A stretch of 64,000 nt of DNA, from assembly GCF_000150275.1 (NCBI RefSeq), contig NW_002060976.1, positions 5,626 through 69,625 on the forward strand, read 5' to 3'. The notes beneath the pieces were generated by a model, which did not search any database, was not told the origin of the DNA, and saw nothing but the letters and a program-made list of their open reading frames with translations. Shown piece by piece: positions 41,130-58,991 of this stretch. The position numbers were made by a program, and so were the translations under genes. Positions within the stretch are counted from its first letter, which is position 1. Each line of letters begins with the position of its first letter. Source of the DNA: Trichoplax adhaerens (Eukaryota; Animalia; Placozoa).

Positions 41130-41835
41130 CAGTACCGTACAGTTAAAAGAAAATTCTCCGCATTGGTGTACAGTTACAGTAGCGTTCAGTACAGTATAGT
41201 ACAGTAGTGCAAATGATCTACTGTACATTGTACTGTACTGTACTGAGTACAGTACTGTACACTGTAAAGAATATACTGTAGCACTGTACTGTACTGTACT
41301 GTACGCTATACAGAGGACTGTATAATAACAGTGCTGTCGATGCTTTCAGTGCTATAGTATCCAGGAGAATGACCAGGAAAATGCGAAAGCTGTACAGTAC
41401 AGTACTGTATAACAGTACAGTATACTGTACTGCAAATGATCTACAGTACATTGTACAGTACAGTATAAACAGCAGTACTGTACTGTACAATATATTTACA
41501 GAGGACAGTACAGTATAACAGTGCTGTCGACGCTTTCAGTGCTATAGTATCCAGGAGAATGACCAGGAAAAAGCGAAAGCTGTAACCTTTTTCTACTGGA
41601 CACAGTCTTGTCATGGTCTTGTCCTGTACAGAATATAGTATGACAGTAGACACTTTCACTGCTACCGTATACAGTATAGGAGAATGAACAGGAAAATGCA
41701 AAACCATGTCCTCTTTCTACCGTATTGTACTGGACTAGTCTTGTCGTGGTCTTGTCCTGTACAGATTATACTATAACAGTAGACGCTTTCACTGCTTCAG
41801 TACAGTATACAGTTCAGTATAGGAGAATGACCTAA
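41130..41835. repeat. Low-complexity (TACTG/CAGTA) region with interspersed ~70-bp direct repeats, between divergent NPRL3 and mago
   Basis: TAACAGTGCTGTCGA(T/C)GCTTTCAGTGCTATAGTATCCAGGAGAATGACCAGGAAAA at ~41326 and ~41516, with degenerate copies at ~41643 and ~41774; dense TACTG/CAGTA runs. Confidence 0.85.
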
Positions 41836-42085
41836 CCTGTGACCTGTTCTACTCAACTACTGCTGGCCACTGAAGAGGAAAACACCCACTTCTACAGTAC
41901 CGTTTAAGATACCTTATCCTTCATCGTACTGGGTACAGTATTGGCTGATTTGTCTACAGTCTTTACACTGTGCAGGATTGTACTGTACACGGTAAGAAGA
42001 AAAGCAGCGATACTTTGCTGGCTGAAGTTTGTCGCGTGTGAGACTGTAGTGTGGACCTTTCTACCACTAGTACTGGCTGACAAAG

Positions 42086-42523
42086 ATGGCGGACTTTTAT
42101 CTTCGATATTATGTAGGCCATAAAGGGAAATTTGGCCATGAATTTCTTGAATTCGAATTTAGACCCAATGGACTGCTACGCTATGCCAACAATTCTAATT
42201 ATAAGAATGATACGATGATTCGTAAGGAAGTGTTTAGTCATCGCTCGGTGATGGACGAGTTGAAACGGATCGTGGAAGATAGCGAAGTCTTGCGCGAAGA
42301 TGATTCCCTATGGCCGCCACCAGATCGTATTGGACGTCAAGAATTAGAAATTGTCAGTGGTGATGATCATATATGCTTTACAACCAGCAAAATTGGTTCA
42401 CTCATTGATGTAAATAACTGCAAAGATCCTGATGGCTTACGCGGCTTTTACTATTTGGTTCAAGATCTCAAGTGTTTAGTCTTTTCACTCATTGGCCTTC
42501 ACTTCAAAATTAAACCCATCTAA
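42086..42523 (+). CDS. mago: Mago nashi, exon junction complex core subunit; intronless CDS, 145 aa
   Basis: [27 protein letters not shown]...[24 protein letters not shown], the near-invariant Mago sequence. Confidence 0.99.
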   Translation: MADFYLRYYVGHKGKFGHEFLEFEFRPNGLLRYANNSNYKNDTMIRKEVFSHRSVMDELKRIVEDSEVLREDDSLWPPPDRIGRQELEIVSGDDHICFTTSKIGSLIDVNNCKDPDGLRGFYYLVQDLKCLVFSLIGLHFKIKPI

Positions 42524-43719
42524 TTTGCATCCATTGCCTGTAGTACGACTTTTTCTAACTATCTTATCTTATCGTTTCCTTTCACTTTTACATAGTCCTA
42601 TTGTTTGCTAAAAGAGTAAATACCTGTTAAGGATGCCATTGGCGTTATTCATTTTAGATACAAGATGTGCACATTTCAACGCTACAAAAAGCTTGTACTC
42701 TTTCACCTCATCGTGCTGACTCGACATGAATGATTGATGCTGTACATTGCAAGAGTACATCGTCATCATGATACTCTACTATGCAGTAATGCTGATGGCT
42801 TACCTTTAGATAGCGACTGATTACTCATGTTTGTACATCCACTGTATTTAAATGGATAGTTGTAACGATAGACTTGAGAGGTAACTCACTCAAGTCACTT
42901 TTATAATGTAACCATGTTGATGGCTTCTGCCTCTTCCGTTGTCATGGTAGATGCTTATTCTATGTATAAAACGGATCGTTCCAACGTTCTACCAGTTATC
43001 TAATGTTTTCATTCCAAGTCAACTTATTAAAGGTTTCCGTTCTACAGTTGTGGTGTTGTTTACTGTCAATAGGATGTTTTGGACGCTTGCAAATAATTGT
43101 AATTTAATAACATGACTTACTCTCATTTCAAAGCTAAAAGATGAATAAGAGAACAGCCATAGCAGATACTAAATGGAGTACACACTATAGAGACTATACA
43201 GTATGTAGTATGCCATATCTTCTTACCTTTTTTCCCAGTTGGATGTTGTTGTCAGATTCTGTATTTTTCTAGCTATTTTGATAGCAAAAGAATGCGATAT
43301 GCTTTACAATGATGCTCTGTAGTGTCTGTCTTTACTGCCATGTAATTATCATGCACGTTCGTTTAGATGGCTTTCGATATCTTTTACCATTATCATCAGC
43401 TAAGAAATTGAAAGTCAGTACAAGTAGTATTTTGACCTATTTTTGGGGATAAGGATCCCTTTGCAAGATTTCGATATTGTTGGTCGATGGGTTTAAAATG
43501 AACTTACTGCAGTAGTAGTATTGAATGCTTGTGTTCAAAACTTTGGGGCCACTGTGGCAATTGCTTCCTGTAAACTTTTCATCGATTTCAAGTTGCCAAA
43601 CCTGACTGCACAATATATCCAACTACGCACTCTACATAACGTACTACTGTATATGCCAAGGATTTACGCTAGGGATTGTTGGATCTATTCTCACAAGTCG
43701 CTAACTGACTTTTCAAATA

Positions 43720-45110
43720 TGCTTCTAATCAAGCTTGGAGCGCCTAGACTTTATTGCAGTCTTTTTAACTCTAGCAATTTGCAATGACAAGAATATGAGC
43801 TATTACATACGGTGTACTAAAATACCCGTTAAATATGTAGTTGTAGTCTATCTTGCTAGGTAGACTATTCATTCTTGCAGCTTGATTTCACTCATAAGTA
43901 CGGTAGAATACTCCATCAGATTCTATCAGCAGTCTGCCTTGCAAGTTATGACCGGCTAGTTTCAGTCGATACTCTAGAGCATCATGAAAGATTGGTACGC
44001 TAGTCACTATTGATTTTACTCACAAGTGAAATACTCCACGAGTGTACCATTAATCCAACGTGCAAATTAGAATTGGCTGCTATCAGCCAAGACTCCAATC
44101 ATGAAAGACCGACCTATTGGCTGTTGCAACTTGATTTCACTCACATGTCTATAAGTAAATTACTTTCAGGGTGGCCGTCTACCAGTAGTCAATCTTGGAA
44201 GTAATGACCGGCTGCAAGGACTAATAAGAGAAAATTCCTTTTTCTAGTAGTTCTCGCCGGCTCATCAATGTCAAGACTGTATAGGTGTAGTTATGAAGAA
44301 TGCCACGCTATTGACTTTAAAGACTTGTTATTACTCACAAGCGTAGTGTAAAATACTCCAATCTACTCGTATGACTGCTATCAGTTAAAACTCTAATCAT
44401 AAAAGCTGGTACACTAAGAACTGTGTAGTCACTGCATGCTATCCACTGCTATAACTTTTACTTTACTCACAAGTGTCTATCAGCAGTCCATCTTGTAATA
44501 GTTAAGACTCTAAATTAAAGACTAATGCGTTATTAACAATATGACTTGATTTGACTTACCGAGTAAAATACTCGCAACCATCAGCTTATCTAGTAAGCTA
44601 TGACTGGCTGGTATCAGCCAAGGCTCTAAATTAAAAAATTGTAACGCCATCAACTGTTTAGTAACTGGAAGCTATCCTCTGTTGTAAATTCATTTCATTT
44701 ACAACTAAACACGCCACCAGGGTCTTCTACTACTTGTCCAATGTTCATCTTGCCAGCGATGAATGTTTGGTATCGGTTAAAAACTGTAAATTAATTGAAA
44801 GACTGGTACATCGTGAACTATTTGGTGACCGTAAGCTGTCCCGTCATGACTCATGAGTGATTGGTATCAGCAAAGACTCTAAATAGATAAAACTAGTACG
44901 CTGTTAACTATCGAGTAACCCTGCAGTATTCACCGTTGCGACTTGATTTCACACACAATTGCCACAAATAAAATATACCATCAGTATTTACCAGTGCAAG
45001 TAATAACCGACTGGTATCAGCCAATAGTCACAAAGAAAAGCCTGCTGTACCACTGTAAGAATTGTTCTAACTTTATTTCACTCACTTTATGGAGTGTAAT
45101 ATTTCATTAT
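43720..45110. repeat. Degenerate tandem repeat, units of about 100-150 bp
   Basis: Recurrent TTGATTTCACTCAC(A/AAG)-like motif (~43882, 44030, 44131, 44327, 44458, 44943, 45073) alternating with G(C/G)TATCAGxxAAGACTCTAAAT-like motif. Confidence 0.7.
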
Positions 45111-46768
45111 CGCATTCTACTGTAGAATATAGAATAATATATATATATAAATATAATAATAAACCACTATACTCAACAATACTCAATCATGATTATATAC
45201 AAAATTTGACAGTAGACATAGAAACGCGATACTAACATAACCGTACTTTTCAAATATTCTCATCATGAAGAACAAGAAATACAACAAGTTAGGGTTAGTA
45301 GAGCTTGATAAAGTTACCAAGTCACGACATTTCCAGGTCATTTCAATTTCGCATAATTGAATCATTCCTTAGTTGGTTATACAGTAACAAACTGAAATGT
45401 TAGTGTTGGCTACTGTTCGCTACATTGTTGCACAGATAAGACTTTCAAGACAACATCTAGTTACACAGTTAGAAAATATCTTATAGAGACGTGATTTTCG
45501 TTAATATAAAAACCATTGACAGATGCGCGCATCATTCTATTGAAGTAGTCTATATAAGTGTATATATATCTATATATATATATGTATATATATTATGGAT
45601 ATCTTAAATTGACGTACGTCTTAGCGATGATAGATAGGTTATATAATAAAATATCTGTTAAGAATTGTCATCCATGGATTACATATATGCTTTCATTGAC
45701 CAACCGATGGACTCAATGCACAACCAAAGTGACACATTGTAATCTTACTCAAGATAGCCTACTATTGAATTAAAAACATTTCCATTGCTTTGATTAGTAA
45801 ATTAGACAGCCTGTTGCCAACGGGTGTTGAAGATAGAAATACCTTCGTTTTCATTCTATTCCATCTTCCAAAGTTGGAACAGATATGTAACATACAAGTC
45901 ACGAAAGCTCAAGGCTGTAATGGATTATATAGCTAATATACGATCAAGATGTAGAAGTTGATGTCGGATAATCCGGTAGAAGTGTAGTTAATGCGACCGC
46001 AGACCAGGAATGATGACATGAAAGCCGGATAGCATGAAATGCCACACCATTCCTGTAGATTATTTTAAAACTGCAAGTTGATGCATAAAGCACAGTATCA
46101 GGAACAATCATGCCTCCTGTACAACTTCATTCTATTATGCAAATGTTTGAGGTCAAAGTGAACTTATAAAAAAAAGAGTAATGTACACTATACAGTATAA
46201 GGCATAAACGATTAGACGTTTTGTCGATTTGAAATATCAATCTGAATACCATCCTGTTCAATTCTGAATGTAACCGAGTTCGTTCCTATTGTACAGGTCT
46301 ACCAAATTGGTCAATCGTGATAATAATCATCGTAATAATAATAAAGTACAGTATATTAACAAAGACAGACCTATTTTTCTATGCTACTACTTCATTTTGT
46401 AAAATATCAATAAAAAAGATGTAATCGATTGAAGGTCTTGCAGGAAAGAAGCTTGCATAGAGTAGACCAAAATCAATCATAAGTAATGTTGGATTCTGTA
46501 TATCCATACATGCTATTCTAAAGAGTGATGATCATCTCCTATCCATCAACATGTCCATGTCAATGAAGTCATTGATTTTTCATGGTGTAGAAGCAATTCC
46601 AATGCTCCCCGTAGTCTTTTACAATCATTTTCTTACCTTGACATCCACACGATGTACCAATGCCGTTCCATTGGTCAGTAAAACTATGGCAAGAAAGGGC
46701 TACGACTGGGATTATGAAGCTTACATGACCCAATAGACATGAAGATGGATTGTCGTTCTTGGTATTGG

Positions 46769-49700
46769 TTACAAAGCTACTGCTGTGAAGCTATTCCGAT
46801 TGGGTTTAGCCATTTGTTTTCGATTTTTCTTCCGTGTCAATTCACATAACTGATGCATCCCTTCCTGAATGCCATTGCCATTTCGAGCACAAGTTGGTTG
46901 GACATGCCAAGGCCGATTGCTTGTCAATTCTTTCAAGGATAGCATTCTCGCTACGGTCATGGGTGATAACGCTCCAGGAATATCTTGCTTATTGGCTAAG
47001 ATTAATATGGGTACATGTGCCATACCTGGACTTTTGCCAATGGCTAACAGTTCATGCTTGGCTTCTTCCATTCTTAATTCATCAGAGCTATCCACAACAA
47101 AGACGATGCCATCACAGTCGCGTAGGTAGGATTTCCAAAGTGGTCGTTGTTTGTCATTGCCACCAACATCCCAAATTTTCATTTTCTTTTTGCTGATGGT
47201 GACATTTTCAACATTAAAGCTGAGAGTCGGCTTTGTTTCGAAAAATTCGCCATATTTTAAACGATATAAAATGGCCGTTTTGCCGGAGTTATCGAGTCCT
47301 AAAGACATCAATGATTATCCAGTTAGATATACGACAAGTGACAATGGGCATCGCATCAATTGACAGTGCTGTACCACTCTCTCTCCTACGGTCAATGTCG
47401 GGCATGAGATTGAAATTTTCATTTGGAAACAGAGACGGTACATTATATTGTCGTTTATCGACAAAACTTTCTATCTACCTGCTTACAGATGTAACGACAA
47501 GAGGTTTGCATGGGTTTAAACTCGTATAACCGGCTGTAGAAAAAAAATCTAGTACAAGTGTTGTAACAAGGCGATAATGGCTATGGATATTGCCAAGAGC
47601 ATTTTTTCTTTTTTCAGCGACATTATTGCTCGACGAAAGCAATACTTTACCCTAGAATGTGGCAGTTGATTTTCAGCCTTTTGTATTATCTCTCGCATGG
47701 ACTATTGAGTCATCCATGCCTGTAGCAAAAGAAGAAGAAAACTAGCTGCCTAAAAGGATAGTCAGGAAGCATACTATAGTGGAATACAACGTATAGCCTC
47801 CGCAGTTCCTGGTACCACCAAGAAGAGCAAAGAATTTATTTGCCATGGAGTGGTACCCTCATTTTTCTGGCTAAACACTCATAGAATAAGGAGTTTCTCA
47901 TAAAGTGACTCGATTGCTCTACAATCTCTTCTTGACTCATATCGATGAATAGCAAATTTTGCTCAAGCCATTGATCTATTTCATGCCCACTATCAAAGGG
48001 TTTATTAAAATTAAGTTAATTAAGATTCGAAAGTAATTCAAAGCATGCTGTAAGAAATAGACTAGACATGGAGAGTACTGTATTATACGAGGCGGACCTT
48101 CGACTGCAGCTAAAATTTTTTATTTAATACATTGATTACAATTAAGCCGTTAAATTAACACAAAAGGAAAATAATAATGTCAGTCTTGTATGATTTTTAC
48201 ATAACTGTCAAGGTAATAACAAGAACTTGAATACAGTAACATATTTTCACTTGTTTTGGCTACTGTTAGCGGGAGGGAGGGTAAATGGGGAATGAGTATT
48301 TTATGTTCTATTCGTATCAGAGAAATGCCATGGAAAACAAAAGCTTCTTTCACATCCTCTCTTACAGTAGAATCCATTCTTCCATTCCTTTACGGTATCA
48401 GCAGTTCAAGTCGCTTGATCCAGCTTGTAGCTGATGGCACTACTAAGGCATAAAGTTTGGCAGAATGAGCAGGATTGGTAGTGAATCTCGATCTATTTCC
48501 TTTTTCATTCCCTTCTAACTATCCTTTGAGCACTTGTGAAACGCTGATAAATCGGTAATCGTTTCGTTGAAAGCGATTGCAAGTACGCTTATAGGGGAAA
48601 TCAAGCGAGACAAAACTGTTTTGCCAAAACATGTATCCACATTTCTTGACGGTCAAGCAATCCCGTACGTCAAAGAAAAAGGGCAAAAAAAGGCAACTTG
48701 TAGTAAATTGCTATCCGTAGTGGACTACGGTAGTGATTCTCATGATTGAGATTTGAGAATACCCTCTTTGTCCATCGCCACTAAAGTGATCGATGAGTCG
48801 ATAATATTAATCGCTATAGAGTAATTGAAATTATCCGCGCTTTAACGCAATCCCTCCCCATTTATTGACAACTTTTTCCCTATATTGATATAAAATAATA
48901 TTACCTTGTTTGACTATAAATCCATGCCTATTCTAAGATGGTTTTGATCGGTTGGCTCTCGATTCTACATACGCGTATCAACTATACACAACCATAAAAG
49001 ACTAGGGTTCAATATCCAGGCTATTCAAGTCCAGTTTGACCAAAACATAAAGCGATTGCTGTACAAAATAAATTTGTATTTCCTTGCCACTGGAGAAGTG
49101 ATGATTACATGATTCTATTCAGGGCAATAATGATTTTTTTGCTCTTTGGATCGTGTCCAACCTATAATTTAATGATAGTCTAGGGTAATTTCGCATGCCC
49201 TTTAACTACTTTCAGTCTTTTTAATCCATTTCCTACATACTTTATGACTCTTGTCATCTATGCTCCAAATGTATCAATGTACTGTCATGGTGCTGTATAC
49301 GTGTACTCGTTTGAACAGTAACAAACTTCTTGAATACTACGCCGTGGAGAACATTACAACTTTTCTTCCAAAATGGAAAATAAATGGGGGAGAGTAAGGT
49401 ACATTTGTTCTCAAGTAGGAGAGGAGAGGTGGGAAGTTTGGCGATTCTTTGCTCTTTAAATTTGTTTTTCTCCAAGATAAACTACTGTCCATTTTTGGGC
49501 CATGAATCCACGGCAATGTTATTACCGGCGCATCGCTATAGAACGCCGGTATGTCCCATAGAAATGTTGATCCATTTCCTTCGCCTCCATCATCAGTTAC
49601 TCAACAGACATCAAGTTTATTGATGTCCTCGACACACAGTTTGAATCAAATTCATGTTGTCAAGCGTTGGTTACTCACCCTCCATTTCTTCGTCCATCGA

Positions 49701-50207
49701 CTACAATCGATTAACTGAAGGAAAAATGCAATACTAGCCTAGTCCACTTTGACCCTATCGGCCATTGCTGTGCATGGGCACCAGGGCCCATAGAAAGAAT
49801 CTATCGTGATCCAAAAATGGGGTCAAGATCGGATCGGCTCTTTCCCTTTTAACAAGGAAAAAGAATGAAGGAAACAATCTGTCTGCCTCTAGCAAGGAAA
49901 GAATTGGGTCAAGGAGAAGAAGATGCAATCGGCATTTCTATCGATGTTGACAGTCGTGTTGACTCCATGTTGTCATCAAGATGTTAACATCAACATTTGA
50001 AAATGCGATGGCTCTACCCCTTTGCGATCAAACCGTCTCGACTAGCGTAGAACAAGTGAAAAAAAACAATAAAAAATATTCATCCTATAACAAGAATGAT
50101 GGTTTGTTTTCCTTACCAATTATAACGATATGGGCAGGCTTTCCAGGCAAAATAGCCGTGAATCTTCCATTACCTCCCGACGACATACAAGAAAGGTAGC
50201 TTCCCAT
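46769..50207 (-). CDS. ARL4: ARL4-like small GTPase (Arf family), two exons 50207-50117 and 47298-46769, about 206 aa
   Basis: Exon 1 MGSYLSCMSSGGNGRFTAILPGKPAHIVII-G|GTAAGG joins in phase 1 to TTTAG|GA-CTC-GAT. Motifs GLDNSGKT, WDVGG, RPLWKSY, DGIVFVVDS, NKQD, WHVQPTCA and a basic C-terminal tail are typical of the ARL4 subfamily; N-terminal MGxxxS myristoylation motif. Confidence 0.88.
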
Positions 50208-50635
50208 GTTGTCCTCATTTCTTGCTCGCCAACCCTGCCTACGTGTGACTAGTCCCTTACTATTTTCTCAACTGCTTCGTCTTGCTTTCCACACCGTTAA
50301 TAGCACCACCACGGGCAGAGAATATCAATGAATTGCTTGCTTCAAGGCCAATGGTGATAGAATCTGATCTATTTACTTAACTAGCAAAGGTGATGAAAAT
50401 AATCTTCCAATGCTAGGCGATGATCAGCGCAACCTTGTCCACCTCTAGTCCTCAATCGTCGGCGAGCGACTACGCCTGCTGTATCATTAAGTATGACTCA
50501 TGAGTACTGAATGGCCGTCCGTCCTGTCCACAGCCTACCGTAGTGCACAGAATCGCTTGCTAAACGGTACTGTACACTGTAGTCGTGATGTACTGTACTG
50601 CACTATTGGACCACTAGTCCACTACACTCTATGGA

Positions 50636-51809
50636 GATTTCATTTTTCTTGTTTTTGTCGTCCATGACCAGGCCGGCCATTAGCATGGACTACTCAAGCA
50701 GTAAACTGCTGAAAAATACATTATCATTTCGGACAAGAAGTCCCTAGGGTGGTCGATGGTGGGGATTTGCAAACAGCCCAAGTGAAAATTTGAGACTGGA
50801 GCGACTAAGTCGGTTGGTAGACTATGCTCAATGAAGATTTTCTTCTGCTTTTTGTCGTCTATGACCAGGCCGGCCATTAGCATGGACTACTCAAGCAGTA
50901 AACTGCTGAAAAATACATTATCATTTCGGACAAGAAGTCCTTAGGGTGGTCGATGGTGGGGATTTGCAAACAGCCCAAGTGAAAATTTGAGACTGGAGCG
51001 ACTAAGTCGGTTGGTAGACTATGCTCAATGAAGATTTTCTTCTGCTTTTTGTCGTCTATGACCAGGCCGGCCATTAGCATGGACTACTCAAGCAGTAAAC
51101 TGCTGAAAAATACATTATCATTTCGGACAAGAAGTCCTTAGGGTGGTCGATGGTGGGGATTTGCAAACAGCCCAAGTGAAAATTTGAGACTGGAGCGACT
51201 AAGTCGGTTGGTAGACTATGCTCAATGAAGATTTTCTTCTGCTTTTTGTCGTCTATGACCAGGCCGGCCATTAGCATGGACTACTCAAGCAGTAAACTGC
51301 TGAAAAATACATTATCATTTCGGACAAGAAGTCCTTAGGGTGGTCGATGGTGGGGATTTGCAAACAGCCCAAGTGAAAATTTGAGACTGGAGCGACTAAG
51401 TCGGTTGGTAGACTATGCTCAATGAAGATTTTCTTCTGCTTTTTGTCGTCTATGACCAGGCCGGCCATTAGCATGGACTACTCAAGCAGTAAACTGCTGA
51501 AAAATACATTATCATTTCGGACAAGAAGCCCCTAGGGTGGTCGATGGTGGGGATTTGCAAACAGCCCAAGTGAAAATTTGAGACTGGAGCGACTAAGTCG
51601 CGTTGGTAGACTATGCTCAATGAAGATTTTCTTCTGCTTTTTGTCGTCTATGACCAGGCCGGCCATTAGCATGGACTACTCAAGCAGTAAACTGCCGAAA
51701 AATACTGTACACTATCATATCTGACAATAAGCCCCTAGGGTGATCTATAGTGGGGATTTGCAAACAACACAAGTGAAAATTTGGGACTAGAGCGACCAAG
51801 TGCGTTGGT
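50636..51809. repeat. Tandem array of about 6 x 197-bp units
   Basis: Anchor GGCCGGCC at 50671, 50868, 51065, 51262, 51459, 51657 (spacing 197,197,197,197,198); inner units near-identical, terminal units diverged. Confidence 0.97.
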
Positions 51810-53755
51810 AAAAAGTTCCCGGTATAGTAAAGTGACCACAAAAAAGTCGATCCTTGCATTTTTTACCGATAAATGGTCGGTTGCTGTCCCTCCCTTTTTA
51901 ACTTAGCGTAAGAAAAGAGAGATACTACTGTACGCTAGACATAGAGATACATCATTTATCTCCGATCTCTTTCTTCAAATGCCTTTCAGAATAGGGAGCA
52001 GTAAATAGGACAAGAAAGAGATACAGCATGACAGTCTGCAGTGAAAGCGTCGACGTAGTACTGTAGTCTGTTAGTCTGTATCTACGCGTATCTTCTATCT
52101 CTTTCTTAAATGGCTTTCAAAATAGGGAGTATGAAAACAGGACGAGAGAAAGAGAGAGACTGCCACCGACTCTCCTTTGGCAAAAAAGATGACCTGGCTG
52201 ACAGATTGAGTTGGTCATGCCTACTGAACATTGTACAGTGTTGTAGTCTGTACTGTATCGTAGAATATTAAGAACTTGAAATGGTGTACAGTATTCTCAT
52301 ACTAAAACCAGGCAAGAAGAGAGGGACGGCTAGCAACTTTCTTGGCCAAAAATGGGCAGCCTGACTCTTGAGCTGGCCATTTCAGTTGTACACTACATCA
52401 GTACTCTAGATGCTACAACTACTCAATGAGTAGTGGCCGGTGTACTGCACCATGAAACAAAACATTAGCTACAGTTGACGATTAAATATACAGTAGAAGG
52501 AGCCACCAAGTTGGTTATGCTTCTAGGCTACTACTGCAACTGCAATCACTTTCATATTGTAGTGGAAGTTATCGAGATAGAAGAAAACTTTCTTCCTGTA
52601 TATCTGTCACAACACTAGCGTAGTTCCGTGCAAGATTGCAGAAATAAACTGGACCCCGCATCGTTTCGTATATCCATCATCGATCTCACTCATCAATTCA
52701 CCATGACCCTCCATAACAGATATTAATACAAGTCAGTACCTAGGTTAATTGCTAACCTCGTCTATGACTTACTGACATGAAAGCAACTGTATTACTATTG
52801 ATTATATTATACTGTACAAGTAATCACTTACTTCAGAAATTCGCTTTAACTGCAGATTGCCGTTTGAAACGCAAGTCTTCAATCAACTTACAATTTGATT
52901 GGAAAGAGTGATGCAAGTGCACAATCAATAGGATCAGTTGTTATGACAGATCAAAAAAAGCGATAAAATCGGCCCATTAGCATCAACCATAACGCTATAA
53001 TCAAACTTCAAACGTGACCTAGTTCACTTTCACAATCGACGATATAGAACAAATCGACCATGCCAATTCGTATTTCACAATGCAATAATATCACTTTATT
53101 TTCCTAAAATACAGTCGATGCGGATAGGTAGGATGAAATGATTTTAGTTAATTATATCCAGTGGCCTAATAAAGCATACTTTCAGTACTATAGAACTGGC
53201 CCATTCAATAGCGGATTAATATTAGATTCAAAAATAGCAAAAGTTGTCCTAGTAAATGGTCAATTGCATAAAATACTGTTAAATTAGAGCAAAAAAATTT
53301 CTCGATAATAATGACCATCTATCAAACAAGTGATAATTGTGTAAAATGGTTATATTATATCATTATATAACGCTAACAACAGCCTAGACTGCTTCTTCGG
53401 ACTGCAATATTCCATGGCAAATGGTGATCGATTCAGTGATTCCATTATAATTAGTTATCAAAAGACAACGTCATAACCATAAAAACACTATTAATTACAG
53501 AAAGAAAATTTCATAGCAAAAAGCACAAAAAGAGAGATAACGATGTGAAAAGTCATGTTGTTAAGCATATTAAATGCTTACAACCGCCAAGCTTATTCAA
53601 TGCATTTCCGAAAATGACCTATTCAAAATATTGTAATATTTCAGAGTCAATAATAATCATTGCATTAGAATGCTTTGACTTGCCATAATACAGTCAACTT
53701 TTTCACTCATTATCATCTACGGTGCTCGTATTACAATGCAAAAATGCGTCTAATT

Positions 53756-58191
<4,436 letters not shown>

Positions 58192-58991
58192 AACCCAATT
58201 GCAAAGCGCTCTACTGCAAAGTTATATTAAATCAACAGAGACGTGGATCGATTCAACTTGTACACTTTGCCATTCCTTAATGAAAGTCGAATAACGTAAC
58301 ACCAATACAGTCTGTGCAATCCTGCAATCCAAATAGAGTGATGAAGCAAGCCTAGAATATTTACATGGATGGCATGAACATGGTTGTCTAATCCAGGTCC
58401 AACTCTAGTGGGTTGCTACATTGATTCAAAACAGTAAGACTGGATCAACATCACCCACGAAATATCCTATTGACTAAAATGGTTCCGCTAACTTGTATCG
58501 ATTGTCCAGTAGTAGCAAGGACCAAAAACCTTGTTTCTGTTTCTTTTTGGCCACAGTGGAAGACTGAGAGAATGGTAAACTCACTTTTGCGTTTTTGTTT
58601 GTTTGGCTTTGATGATGGAGAGTTTAAATCAGGTTGAAGACGATGACTAGACTGGATCATCAGCGACTTTAAGCGTTCTACTAAAGACTCTCGACAAGGT
58701 TCCGGAGCCTTGCAAGGAAGGTTGTCCAGGTCTCCAGAAGGGCGAAATCTGCAAGCGGTGCATACCATACAGTGGTATAGAGTGTTCAGTCGTGTATGAT
58801 ACAGTAGAGTTTATGGTTGTTCAAAATAAATGGAGGATCTATGGCCTCAGGGTAATATTGTTGCACCATTTGAAGTAGGATTATTTATTGGGGTTATGGT
58901 TGTGCTCTCCCAAATTAAACGATAGTTTATACTGAAATTTCTAATTTTGTGGACTAGATTCAACATCATGCTGAATAAAAGGCATCTGTAC

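Noticed and set aside
41218-41707. Two Tyr/Ser/Thr/Val-rich minus-strand ORFs
   Set aside because: Translations of the TACTG/CAGTA low-complexity repeat
46769-47311. ARL4 starting at the ORF-track position 47311
   Set aside because: That start lies in the intron and lacks the myristoylation motif; the real first exon is 50207-50117
46834-47529. Plus-strand ORFs over ARL4, and similar antisense ORFs over the NB-ARC genes and TMEM245
   Set aside because: Shadow frames antisense to well-supported exons, with no recognisable motifs
50680-51474. Four near-identical 67-aa ORFs resembling a tandem gene array or CRISPR-like locus
   Set aside because: They are a by-product of the 197-bp repeat (unit not a multiple of 3). 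There are no unique spacers, no cas genes, and the context is eukaryotic.
58451-58768. 105-aa minus-strand ORF upstream of TMEM245
   Set aside because: No recognisable homology; TMEM245 already has its conserved N-terminus from 58191. Could be 5'-UTR or promoter sequence.
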